Source: Mytilus californianus (lineage: Eukaryota). From it: a stretch of 64,000 bases of DNA. Numbering within the stretch: the stretch's first letter is position 1; each line of letters opens with the position of its first letter. A program made the position numbers and the translations under genes. Positions 11,131-25,000 of the stretch are shown piece by piece. The stretch lies in the NCBI RefSeq assembly GCF_021869535.1, contig NW_026262582.1, positions 71,858,001-71,922,000 of the forward strand. The letters run 5' to 3'. The notes under the pieces were generated by a model, which was given only the letters and a program-made list of their open reading frames with translations, did no database searches and was not told the DNA's origin.

Positions 11131-13989
11131 CTGTAAGTATTTGATAGGAATAAAGTAAGTATAAGGGTAACATTGTGAATATACGCGAACCTACAATGTA
11201 ACAAAGCTCTCTCATAATGTTTATTAAATAGCGATTAACAGTGTTTTATAAAAATCAAATCAGTACATGTTTAGCAATAAGAGAGTATTCGGTTTACTCG
11301 TAATTCGAAATAATAGATATTATGATAATCCATATCAAATCAAAACAAGTACAATAAGACTACAGATTCAAACATTTTTCATTAAAGTGGTAGTAAGTTT
11401 TTTTTTCGGTTTTTTTTTGTATAGGCTTTTGTTTTTGTTTGTATTTATGCTAAATGACCAAAGTTTAATAAAACAATACGACTTAAAATGTTTTCAAATA
11501 TTGCAAAGCGTTTACATTTCATTATATTTCTGATTATTCCATGAATTTAACCATATCATATGCAACTACAACATACACAACTTGGTATAATAAAAGTGGC
11601 AGAATTATTTCATTTCGATCAATTTTTGCTATTTCATGTAATTGCAAAACAGTTTATTTGAATATTTTGATTTCTTTAAGAAGGGGAAAACCCTAAGCAT
11701 TCGAATTAGCAAGACTCAACTCTTTCCTCTGTAAGATTATTCGACCTAGTGAAAGGTACAATATACGTACAACACATCAGACTAAAAGAAGACACAGATT
11801 ACAAAACCCTACAAATGAAACAAGTAAATATCACCGGGTGTTTTGATAATTATCAAACATATGTTTTTACGAAAGACGTTAATTTTTTTTCAAGGAGATT
11901 GAAATTCAAAAATAGACATTCTATAGTACGCGAGATGACCAGTATGAAGGAACAATTATCACTTAGACCAAAAACATACAAGACATTTTCAGATGCAACA
12001 CATTCAAGGATAAAATAAAATGTATGGGTAATATGTTACCACGAGCGGTGGGACTATTTATATTCTAAGAAGACAAAAAACAGCATTCTTTTCTTCGAAA
12101 CCCTCTGTGTGAAGGCGAATATTTGCTGCTCCTGTTATTGGATACACTTTTTGATATTGACGTAAAAGTATAAAGACTGGATTAGTGACATTTTAACATA
12201 CTACGAAAGATAAGGACGAAGTAAAAAAAATATGAAACGTAATAATTTTCTGCGTTTTAATGTTATTAGAAGGCAATTATCTTTCTGACAACAATATTTC
12301 ACTGTCCAATGAAGGAGATTGGATACGTGTCATTATGTTGTGTATGCAAACAAAAAAAAAATCAACAAAAAACCATTTAAGACATAAATTGATTTCATGT
12401 GTTGAATTGATGCCTGAACATATTCGAGAAATCTTTCATTTAATTGAAAATTGGGCTTTTAACAAATATGTATCATCGTTTGTATATGCTTCTATGTTTT
12501 GCTGGCTCCTAAACAATGTGTGTCCTAAAATTACAGTTACATCGTTCAATGATGTGATTTATATATTTTGGTAGATCATTCATAAAGCCTACGACGTAGG
12601 AGTATCATTGGAACATGCCAACAATAAAGCATGACGTTGGCGATCAGTGGACATACAGTATATTCGCATTTTACCAAGTGTGTATACTCAAAGTGTTTTA
12701 AGAATGTCATTATAGAATGCAAAGTCTTTGTGGGTGGGAATAGATAAAGAACAGGTGATGTAGTCAATATCATGAATACAACATTATTTTGTCTAGTGAA
12801 AACGTTAGTAAACAGCTATTTAACAAGACAACTGAGGTTTACATACCTTCAATACTGCATTTAATAAGTGGGATGACCATTTCGGTGGGTGTCCTATCAG
12901 CTCGTACGTGTTTGGTGTTTGTTTATTGATAGTACGACTATAATATGGGTAACCCGGAGGATAGGTAAATTTGAAAAATTCTTGTTTCGGTCGTGTAAAT
13001 CACTCTTTTTCCGGTATGAAACACTCTAAGCTTTTATTATATCCTTATTGGGTCAGGATTATTCTTAAAATATTATCAAAAAAGCACATATTTCTGTGTA
13101 CCTTTTATTTACCTTAATCAGTACCTTTAAGCACACTCAACATGTTGACACCAGTTATCTTTATAACGATGAAAATTTGTGTTGATTTTGTCGTATAAAT
13201 TTGAAATTAGGTCAGATACTATATTCCACAAATAGTGTGTAGATATTAGTAAGGCATGTTTCAAATACTACCCAGTTGTTGGATTTTAAATTGCGCAATG
13301 ATTTTTAAGGAGACGACACAAATTACAAACAAACACACAAACATAAACCGAACCAACAAGCAAAACTTCATATTACAATAGTATTCAAGTTTATATGCAA
13401 CTGCTTGTTATCAAATGTGTTAAATGATTACGAAATAATCGTTCATGTAACGCACTATGCTCATTTCAACATAGGAAGGCATTATACTTGTCAATATCTT
13501 AATACCTAGCGTTGGCGTTCGCGAACTGTTAAATGTTGAAAAATATCATGTCTACTCATGTTTAAATGAGCATTGAGCACAACAAGATAGAATAATTTCG
13601 ATTCTAATAGGATCGTTTTGAATTTGTTCTCTTCGAAGCGTACATGTACCTTTAATACTTACTTAAAAGGCAGCTATTTTGATTTGATGAACCAAACACG
13701 ATATACCAACTCAACAGTTTAACGATAAAAGATACACAGATACATTTTAACTTACATGGAATGATTCATTTAATTTCCTTTAGCTAGCAAGCAAAATCAA
13801 CACTTTAACATTTTAAATCCGGACTACGAGCGGGCCAATATATAATCGTAATGTTCTTGCAGAATACTTGAAAGAGTGGTTTTGTGTGAGTGTAAAATAT
13901 AGCACAAAACGTGAACGTAAAACGTGTTCATAGAACTTGATCTATATGCTGGATTGCATTGAAACCATTTCCTCTTCTTGGTTCAACAT

Positions 13990-14250
13990 TTTAAGGCCCT
14001 AATCGCTGGTTCAAGCCGATTCTGCCCCATACCATAATGCTTTGACCTCCCCATGTATTTCTCTCCATCATATAATATCAGTTTATCATTCGATCTGTTT
14101 TATTCAGCTTTGTGTTCTGCTATCTGCATGATGTCGCCAATTTTGACGATGGGATGCCCTCGTTAACGGCGAAGGCACGTAGTGTGAATATGTCATCTGG
14201 CACGACGACGACAACTCAGGTTACGATAAGTCAATCGACAGCTTGTACAC
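13990..14250 (-). pseudogene. Tc1/mariner transposase fragment
   Basis: Minus strand MMERNTWGGQSIMVWGRIGLNQRLGP* (Tc1 ERxxxGGGSVMVWGGI motif); an upstream RRRARWH resembles the Tc1 RRARLxWA segment. Frameshifted. Confidence 0.55.
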
Positions 14251-14869
14251 AGAGATAACAAGGGATGAACGTGTTATTGGTTAACTTCCAGTGATGTTTA
14301 TTGTCTCATATGCAATGAAATTTTATGTGAAATTAACCCATGTAACTGGATAGGATTAAACTTTACTCAAGCCAAGTATTTGAATAAAAAATAAATTTTG
14401 CCTATTTTTTTTAACTGTGAAATTTTAATAAAGACTAATAGGGACGAACCTGCTTTTATTGAATCATGATACTGAATAGACTATTTGTGGTAAAAAAAAT
14501 GTACATTCACATCATCATCATTACCAATTGTTCATCTATTTTCGATAGCTAGACTCTACTACTTGTTTATTTTTGAAATATTGAATGCTATTATTTCATG
14601 TACGTTGTATCAACATTATATTGTTTTATATCGTAATTCGTCGTACGTTTGTCAAATCCAATTTACTTTAAGTAAAACACATAATTCAGTTTTTTTTATT
14701 ACTTTTTTGCAAATTAGGACCAATGTAAATCATCGATAAAATATTCCTAATGTTTGATATGTTTGTAGGATTGTTTTGCAATAATTTCTTTTGTATGTTT
14801 GTTGGATGTTTACAGTCAGTCGTTTTGTTTCTCCATTGTGTTTGTTAATTATAAAGAAGATGTGGTATG

Positions 14870-15460
14870 GTTAATGAAAAACTCTTCACAAGAGACAAAA
14901 TGACATCAATTAACAGCTATAGTTAACCGTACGGCCGGTCAGTTTTAAACGGCCTAAAATGAAAAAATGCAAAACAATTAAAACGAGAAAACTAACAGTC
15001 TAATTTATGAACATGTATAACAAAATAAACCAAAAAAATATGAGCAGAGCAACAAACGACAACCACTGAATCACAGACTGATTTGAGACAGGCACTTACA
15101 TATAAAATGCATCGGGGTACATGTAAGCTAGATCCCAACCCTCCCGAAAACATGGGACAGTAATGTAACATTACAACGTAAGAAAAAACTGTAGAATCTG
15201 CTGAGTGGACGTGGCCGGGTACTTGAACATCCCAACAATAACAATGCACTAAGTACAGATATGAGCGTACTCGCAGTAACGGAAAGTTAAAAGCCAATAA
15301 CAACTTATAAAAAACCATGCATCTAAGACTAAATCATCAATCATTGAACATCCAGCATCAAATGAATTAAGTATAAAGACTTTATAAACAGTCAGAGAAA
15401 AATGTGACCTTGTTCAATGCCAAGATACAAGTATCGACAAAGTATGTATGTGTGTATAAA
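14870..15460 (-). repeat. Longest copy of retro-tail family A
   Basis: Reverse complement of the 5640-5970 family, extended at both ends. Confidence 0.7.
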
Positions 15461-15469
15461 TGATAAATA

Positions 15470-15760
15470 GATCATTTCAGCTTCCATATTGTCAATTCTC
15501 CATTTCTTTGTAGCAACATTCCGAAAGAGTCTGCATATTAAGTATGTATCTTCCAGTTGATATCATATTCCAGAACTTTTCATATTGTATTATGATGTTC
15601 TCAACCGAGGATCTTTGCTTACAACAAAGTTGTTGAACCAAGGATTGAAGTGATAATGTTCAAGTCATCACTGTACGTACGCCATCACGGATTGATTCAC
15701 TTTTGACGAATGTCTGCTTCACAAATAACGATGGATCTGTTTCAATCGTATATAAAGTCC
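15470..15760 (+). mobile_element. Penelope-like retroelement, RT C-terminal fragment
   Basis: FSFHIVNSPFLCSNIP...LLTTKLLNQG...FKSSL, with stops and frameshifts; the typical post-RT segment of these elements. Confidence 0.65.
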
Positions 15761-18713
15761 TATTTTCCGCCTTTTGGACATCGTATCATTAGACTTATCA
15801 CTGAAGTAGTAAAATGCGCAACACGACAGTGTCACATATTGAACAGAATGTGCTTACCAAAGATCACCTTTATTTTTGTTTGATATGGATTTATGTTGTT
15901 TTCATATAATGTGTTGTGTGTTGTTTTCTGTGTTTAAATTTTGCAAAGTCTGTATTGTTCATACTGATACCAATCTTGTCTCTACTATATCATGAAAAAC
16001 GTCATTCTGTTTAAATTTTTACCTTTCAGTCGTAGTTACAACTTTAGATGACCGACGGTTTATCAATCTGGTGATGTCGAAAGCTATTGTGTGATGACTA
16101 ATTACTATATATTACCTATCAATGTATGTCATTATTTAATTATTTTCATTTTCGAAATAAGTATCTGATGCAGTAAAATTGAAATCGTGTATGGTATACC
16201 AACATGTAGTATTTGGGTTCCAGCATGGAAGTATAGATACTGTGTTCTTTCAGTTAGTTTCTACACAATTTTAAAAGTAATATTGATTCAGTAATATATA
16301 TGCATCATTCCAGGCTCGTATTCTTTGCCAAGTTTGGCTATATTGTGTCATCTTGTTTTGTTCCTGAGTTTTTAATTTTCTAAATAAGTTTGATTATTCT
16401 AATATTGTGGTCTCTTGCATACCTGAAGCGGATACTATTTGTCTGGAAGCGCATTTGGTGAAATACATCTTTACCGTTAGTATTATTTTTGGAGTAGTAT
16501 AACGGGTTTCGGATATAGAGCAAGATATGTTTACCCTTCTGGAGCACCTGAGATTACCTCAGGTATTTTGGTGGGATTTGTGTTGTTCAGCCATCCGGTT
16601 TTTTCATGTTTTGTTTTGTATACTGCTGTGTTTCTTTTGGTAGCTTTTCATTTTTGATACGGCGTTGTCAGTTTGCCATCAAGAAGAAATTTTAATGTTC
16701 TTTCGTATCTTCAACGTCTCTTTTAGAGTGAAGAGCGTACGAATACATATTTACAGTATGCTGATGATTTTAACGTGCGACTTATTCTTCATTTGTTAAG
16801 ATAATATAAGATAAGATAAGATAAGATAATTTATTTTCTAAAAACTAGATACAAAGATACAGAGAAAGAACAATGTTTATAATTCATCATCAAATTGTTT
16901 TGACATCAGTCTGAGTTAAAAAGAGTTGAACAACCCCAAAAGAAAGGGTACAAAGAAAATGCTCCACATGTGACATCCGAAAAAATCGATATTGATCATT
17001 GTGTTTTACTGTATCAATCATAAATTGAAGTGTTTAAAGATTAATGGTTATCATTGAAATTAAACGTTCAGATAAAAATATGTAAAAACTTATAATATTT
17101 GTAATCTAAGATATATAAAAACAACAAAATAACAATATTCATTAATATATTGTTTTTTTTTTCTTTTGAAATGTTCATGGTATGCACAACGTAACTTTAG
17201 AAACCTCAAATGAACATCAATTTAAAATACTGGTAGGCGTTAAAAGGTGTGAGGTTAAACAATTTCAAACCTTTACTTCCATTAAAAATATCCAATATAA
17301 CAAATAATTTCTAAAACGGATCAGAAAAAAATAAGTAAATAATTTGCCAAAATAAAAAAAAAATAAATACTTAAAATTGTTTACATAATATATTGACTTT
17401 TAAAATTTTTGCTAACAATGAAGTCGAAGGATACCAAAAGTGTATTGTGTCATATTTGTAATGCATTATGGTAAGATTGTTATCTCTTTGATACATAACC
17501 CGTTTCCCTTCTCAACTTTTTAATATATGGTTTGGTTGCTTAACTTGTATATTTTTTTTCGAAAGTATATGCATTCATTCATTTTTGAAAAGTCATACAT
17601 CCAATTACAACTGCCAACGACATTGCAAAAAAATTTAAATCACAAATTAAACATGTCATCAAAATATTACATAGTAAATTAAAGAATAAGCATCATGAAA
17701 TCCAACAAAAACTGGAAGTGATCTGAGTTGCACTGGAAAGTTAAAACACTTTTTATAACATAACTGTTTTACCACTTGTCTAGATAAGTATTTATTTCTC
17801 GATTTGGTTGAAAACAAAACGTAACTTATCGAAAGATGATCTGTAGTTCTATGTTTTTTTATTATTGATAAACTTATCTAAATATAACTGATATAAGTAT
17901 TTGATAGCAGTCCAAAAGTACAAGACAGAAAAGATACATTGTGTTAACAGTTTAACGAGGCAAAGTAAGAAATCATAAAAAATATTTAAAAAAACAAATA
18001 TTGAACAATAAATATGTTTCAGTACACATACTGTCTTACATTAAGGAATTATCAATTTTCAATTTCATATCTAAGTTTAAACAAGCCTATACAATGATGA
18101 TGTCGATGATGTGGGCAGATGGTTATGTAGAAAAGTAGAACAACTGGCAGTGTATATTTCATCCCATTACAGAAAAGCTAAACCTATCGATATGAAAGTA
18201 CTTTGGAATTATGTTATTTGTCTATACAATGTACGAAAGGCGGACTTATTTCATAGAATCAATTTCCCCTACATAAACCCGAGATGTATTTAAACTTCAC
18301 CGATTGATTGCATTTGGCTAACTCGGTTTTAGTTCTCAATATTATGATATTCAGAAAGCATAAAACGTTTTGCCATACAAAAAGAAAACTAGAGAAGTGT
18401 TTACAACATTAAAACTTCATCATACGATTATTTGATATATGCTTTCCTGAACAATAATTATATCCTTTCAGTCATAAATGTTTACTCAGTTCTTGGAGCA
18501 TAAAGTATGTACAATGATGTACTCAAAACAACAAATTTAGTATTGTGATTGGTGGATGCCTTACTCTAAAGAACATATCCTCCAAAATCACGAAAATGAA
18601 TACCATAAAACTATATATCTCAATAAATGTTATAAACTACATTTATAATTAAGAATAACATTGGATGATATCAAATCTAAAGAGGTTCCTGTCCTTTTTT
18701 AAACGCAATAATT

Positions 18714-19027
18714 TTACTGCACATCATATGTCTTCTTCAAGAATGTTAAGCCTTCTGCCGCTTTAACATGTCTCAATGTAACCATTAATCGATAAATAGT
18801 TGGTTTAACCCGGTCAGTTTTTTTCCAGTTTTTCCATTTCACGAGGAGATCGTGTATTTGACCATTTAAGTCTCTTGGAAAGTTGTGCATAGTTTCTTTG
18901 ATGTTGCCAATACTTAAAACCAGTTCTACTCCGAGATGAAACACGCAATCGCCTATTAGCTTCTTTTTTGTCAAACTATTTATGACAATTTCTGACGGAA
19001 TATCTTGCAGGCGAGCATTGGCTTTTT
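18714..19027 (-). CDS. ROCO terminal exon: death-fold domain 2 + stop
   Basis: tttgttatag|AA AAA GCC; EKANARLQDIPSEIVINSLTKKKLIGDCVFHLGVELVLSIGNIKETMHNFPRDLNGQIHDLLVKWK...PTIYRLMVTLRHV...TYDVQ*. Confidence 0.85.
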
Positions 19028-22000
19028 CTATAACAAATTAAGTAAAACTTAATTATGAATAGAAGTAACATGATAATTATCAAATTGAATACTTCAATAC
19101 GGTAAAATAAAGGACTACAAAAAGCATGTGAGTAATACTGTTCATCTCATTTTAAAAACTATAGGCTATTTGTTTTATATACTTTAATCAAGGAAATAAT
19201 TAACACCATGCTTGAACATATATATATGTAAGTAAATGTAAAACATTAACTATCAAACATTTTAATTGATGAACATACCAGCCAAACCATGGTCTTCTCT
19301 GTGTACCTGTAATATCAAAATAAAGAATTTCGACAAATACATTATTGTTTATGAAAAATCAACAATCCAGTTTAAAACCCATCAATTGGATAAGGGATGC
19401 ATTTTTAATGTTTTTATGCTTTGATAATAGGAATTATTTTGCTTTATATTTTTTCATTTATATTGACAATGTTTTTTTGTTATTCAATAGTTCTACGTTT
19501 ACAAATATAACTGGTGTTAAATATTACAAAAATACTAATCCAGCGGAATAAGCATTGCTTTACCCTGACGTGTTTTTTTAATTATTCTTACTTTCAGAAA
19601 CTTAAAGAACATTGATCTGTTGGCAGATCTATTTATTTGATTTTGCATTCCTTCGTAAGGCACTCATACTCGAGTAATTTAAAAAAAAAACGACATTCAT
19701 GTAAGAAACCTGTGCTCCTTGGATATCAACAACTAGATTATTGTGCCAATTTATACCTCGGATATTTTTTTGTATACATATTTATTACGGATGTTATTAA
19801 ATTCGTTTCGAATGAAAAATAATTGTTACACGTGGAGTTTTTTTCCTGCCAAAAAGAAATTATATAATAAAGCGTTACTCTTCAGAATTATTCAACAACT
19901 GATATAGTCGTTTCTTGGTACAGACATTTTCTCATGTTTACAATGGTGGACTAAACTTGGTTTGATATCTAGCTAAAATTCGTATAAAATTACATTATTA
20001 ACAACGATGTGCGAACAAAATAAACATACATAATAGGTTAAAATGTTAAAAATAGATACACAGCAGTCAACATTGTGTTATAATCAAAATCACTTATATA
20101 ACAAACAAAAATGTAACAAAGAAACACAAAAAGGTATATAGACGAAGAACGTTAGCAAAAATTAACGGAATAATTTCATAGTGGTACCTGACAAAGATAG
20201 TGTGGCTTCTCTATAGCTGTCAGAGCTTTTAGCAATTTCTCAAATGTTGCCATCACTTGGCTGCTTTCAGATGTATCTCTCCAATCAAAGAGTCCCATCA
20301 GCATAAAATCCATGGGGTTTGAGAAATAACGAAAATTTAAGTTGTCGTAATCGGATTTTGACATACCAAGCTGAATGAAGAAGTTGTAGTAATCACCAAT
20401 CCCAATTATTTTTGCTAGCTGTACAAAATGCTGATCATTTGGTTTCAGTAGCAGGGTTTCGTGTCTAAGACCTTGAAGAATAATGTAGATAATTACTTTA
20501 CCATGTTTTCAATTCCTTTAGTGGGAATTTGAACTTCAGCAACTGTTTTGGGATGTATATTTTTCTGTACGGTAGCGTTTTTGTCAATTGTTGCAATTAA
20601 TGCGGTCACTTTTTAAGCATAAAGCAAAAGCCGCCGCATTACGGTTGTCATGCGCAGCTGTTTCATTGGCAAGAATACTACTTCTCTATAACTCTTAATG
20701 TAATCAATAATGAATTGAGTCACGTTAAACGTTATGAAGGTTAGAATTAGGTGTGTGCAAACATTCATGCCAAACAAGTTGATATTAAATGTTATTAATA
20801 TACCCATAAAAAATGCTAGGAATAAAATCTAATAAGCAAGACGCGCGTTTCGAGGACCCAAATTATCGAATGGTTAAAACGCCAATCTTCGAAATCACCG
20901 AAATTAACATTTCACATCTTTGGAATTATTTTTAAAGAGATTAAGTTTTTTCATAGATTCAGTTATTTTTATCGCATTTTTTTTCATTTGCTAAATATTT
21001 CAGTTCAGTGCATTGTCTTTCGTATGATATTCATCAAGTTTTCTTTTATGTTTTAGTTACGTTTTATGTTGTCCATATGATTGAGACAAAACGGTAAATG
21101 TATCAAAAGAAACACAAACATTTTAGTCAAATATTGCATGCATACTTATTTTACAATTTTCAAAAAAGTCTTATCTTAATTCCTATTGTATTTTATTCAT
21201 AATCTGCAAAGAGAACTGAAAAAAAACAACATTAAAAGATGCGCTCTACTTTTTGTAAAAATATGCCATTAAAATAAGCATGAATATATGTATTTATAAA
21301 ATTTCCTACTCCTAATGTTAACCTACATTTCATCAAGTACATAAATTAATAAAGGAAACTTGATCAGAACTATATAATGCACAAACCATGAAAAACATAA
21401 GCTTTGTTTTTCAATGATTGTTTCTTTACCTGTGTTCCTTTTATTTTGTTTTTGGTGTGAATTAATATATCTTATATTTTTGTACAATCATTTATTTATA
21501 CCATTACCTTTACAGCCTTGTTCGCAATGCTCTTTATTCTACAAATAGAAATATAGTTTTAGTCTGTCTGGATAATTTTATAAATGAATATTTTGTTACA
21601 AGTCATAAATGATACTAGGCTTTTAATTTGCAAGATTTCTTATCGACTTGATCAGACTTATCAGTGACACTCGAGTATTCAAATTTTGCAAACCAAATGA
21701 AGTACGATGTTGAAGAGGAGTGCAACCGGGAAATTCTTATAGATGTTCCAAAAAACAGCAAGAAATCTAGTTATTTGTGTGTTTCTTTCAATTTGTATAT
21801 GTGTTTTGTCCTTGTTTACCTTTTTAATGCGTTGTCTTTTCCTCTTGAATAATAATTTCCAGAAATAAAAGTATGTATTTTTCTTTCCTTTTATTTACTG
21901 TATAATATAAACAGATTTTTACGTAAATATATTAACCAAATATGCAATGTTAAAGACATTAATAATCAGGAGGTCTTTGCTTTCGTTGTCGCTGTTGCAG

Positions 22001-25000
22001 AAAACAATCCAAGGCCATCATTGGGTCGGACAGCAATAAATATTGCACCCGAGGACGGGTTTTAGATGACCTCAAACAAAAAAAGTATACCCAGTTCAAT
22101 AAAAATTGACGTCACACTAGACTCCAAAACATATACATTTAAAATTTAGAAAAAATACAAGACTAACAAATCCAGAGGCTCTAGACATATGACCTGGTCA
22201 ATGAGTTGATCAATATTAATTCCACAATATGCCATCTTTAATGATCTGAAAATAGTTTTGTTACTATCTTCATTTTAAAAGAGTCTGAACATGTACTCAT
22301 AACGTATTTTAGTAATCACGATAACATGTTGTGCAAAACTCGCACATGGTAAAACATTTATACGACTAATTTAAAGATCCTGAGATCACCCCTAGTTTTT
22401 GATGGGATTCGTATTGCTTAGTCTTTTTTTTTTCTATGTTGTGTTTTGTGTACTACTGTCTGTCTGTTTGTCATTTTCTTTTTTAGCCATGGCGTTGTCA
22501 GTTAATTCTCGATTTGACCTGCTTTTGACTGTCTTAAAATTAAACTGACAGTTTTGACTTTTTGACATTTTACACAACAGTTCTACATAATTTCAATTAA
22601 CATAATCATCATATTCAAATAACTGATTCTTCGAAACATTTTGATTGTAATTTTGTTTTCTGCAAATTATTTGAATCCTTTTTCTGTAATGAAAGTTATC
22701 TGTACCAAGTCAGGAATATGACAGTTGTTGTCCAATCGTTTGATGTGTTTGAGCTTTTGATTTTGTCATTCGATTAGGGACTTTACGTTTTGGATTTTCC
22801 TCGGAGTTCAGTATTTACTTTTTACTAAGGCTTTTTTTATCGATAAACTGTGATGAAACGAATACATTTGTAATTATGTTTATTTACATTTTGGTTTTAT
22901 CATTTTATGTTGAAAATTAATATTTATAAATGCTGTGCGTTCGGAAAACTTTTCTCAATGAACTTTCATTAGTTTTCGTAATTACACAGTTCGAAAGCCA
23001 ATGATTCTTAAACACGTGAATGGATGGCGTGTGGGTTAGATTATCAGAGTCCGTTAAACTGTATTTTATCAAAATGGTACAATTTGCCTTTGAAATCTAC
23101 TATGCAATACGATCAAATCAATTGAAACCAGGTACAACAGTTGGTCAAAAGAATATGTAAGTTTATATTAATCTAACACAAATTTACATTTACGTAAAAG
23201 TTGAAAAGAATACTAACCTTATCAAAAATCCAATTCAGAAGACATTTTGTTTCATGTTTTTTCCCGTTTTTGCATCTCCAATGCGTTGTTGTTTTGATTT
23301 CAGACATAGGTATCAAACACATGTCCCCCTTGCACATTACTCCAACTTCTATTTCAAAAAGATTTAACGTAGTTTGATGATCTTGTGTGCCAAAACAACG
23401 ACGATAAAACTGGAGAATTCGACCTAATGCTAATGTCAGACATTCTTGTGTGGTTGTCGCAAGATCTGGTGAGATGAGCTCCTTTGAAACTGAATTTATA
23501 AGGTATGCAACAATTCTTTGTCCTTGAACATGAATTTGTAGTTCATTTTTGCTATCAACATCCATTACTGCAGCTTGAAAGTAGAGACAAAACCGGCTTT
23601 TGACGATTTTCAAAGGCCAGATGCTTATTGAAGCACCAATAACCTTAAAGGACAAAGCAGAAGGAACCACTGTCTCCTTCAGACGATAAGCTATGCATAA
23701 TGTTCGGTCATCTGTTGCATTCTGTAGCATTGTTTTCGGGATCTTTTCCTTGACGATGCAGGGTACCAAGAATAAATCCGAAGCTTTGTCCATTTCAGTA
23801 AATCGTTTTGGTTCGACAAGGATATCAAGGTGAAGGAGGACATGAACCATATATTCTTTGGTTCTCTCATCTGTCAAAATATCTTTGAAAGCTGGTTGCG
23901 ACCAAAGCGTAAACAGGTCTTTTTTCTTTAGAACTCCGGTTGAAGATAAATTTTGAAGTATGTTTCGAATCGGTCCCATCTTCGGCCAAAATATCATGTC
24001 TGTAATGAAAGCTCTTAATATATTGACCATAGCTGTTGGCTGAACAACAATGAAATCTCTTAAAGGAAGATCATCGAAATACAATAACTTTCCTATAGAG
24101 TGTTGAACCAGTAAGAAATCTTCAATTCTTCTTTTACTTAGCGCTAATTCATTATTTGACTGGTTCATTTCCATAAGCCTTTCTTTGGTTATCAACTTTA
24201 CCCCATCTGCTCTCAGTTTTGTTAACTGTAAGTCTAAAGGTACCCAAATAATGGGCATTCTTTGCCCCCATGTTGACTGCTGGAAGGCGATATCAACTAA
24301 TTTATCCTTTAATCGATTTATATTCAAATCATCTGCGTCTGTTGCATTGATGAAATAGACTTTGTCATACATAATATGCTCATGAAGTTTGTGTGAGGAA
24401 AATAGTTCTGTAAGCTCCTCCTTGAATGTAATGGCTAGTATTTCTATCTCATCCTGTCAATTACATCAAACCCAATGTCGTCAGTTAATTTCATACGTTT
24501 TATTATACATTTGCATATTATGTTCCTTAATGCAGTGCAATAATTGTAAAAATATATAGTATACTCCTAGACTGTATTTTTGATACATGACATATTGAAA
24601 AGAATGTTGGCGATAAAAAACTTTACTGGCTGCTTAAGATCAAATTATAATTATTTTCCTATGACATTATCTCGTCTGACATTGTAAAATTATTCATTAC
24701 ACTAACAGGAGTATTTGCGACAGCAATTTCAGTATTAAGAAAATTCGAAATTTTAGTAGAATAGAATACAAAACAGATAGTATAAGCCTTAGGCATTGTT
24801 TATTAACTAATTGATAATTACTTATACTTAAAGATTATCTAACATTTGTAGATGCCGTGACTTTATTGTGTATCCTTTAAAAAGAATCAAATTAATGTCC
24901 TTTGTCGTAAAATTTAAATCATGCTTCAACATTGTATTATTGTGAGACAAAATGTTTTCCTGTGAAAAAAATTCAACTATAATGAATTTCTCAGGAAATA

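Noticed and set aside
20835-20865. GAAACGCGCGTC hammerhead half on the minus strand
   Set aside because: No CTGANGA core or stem II upstream, so it is a relic rather than a ribozyme.
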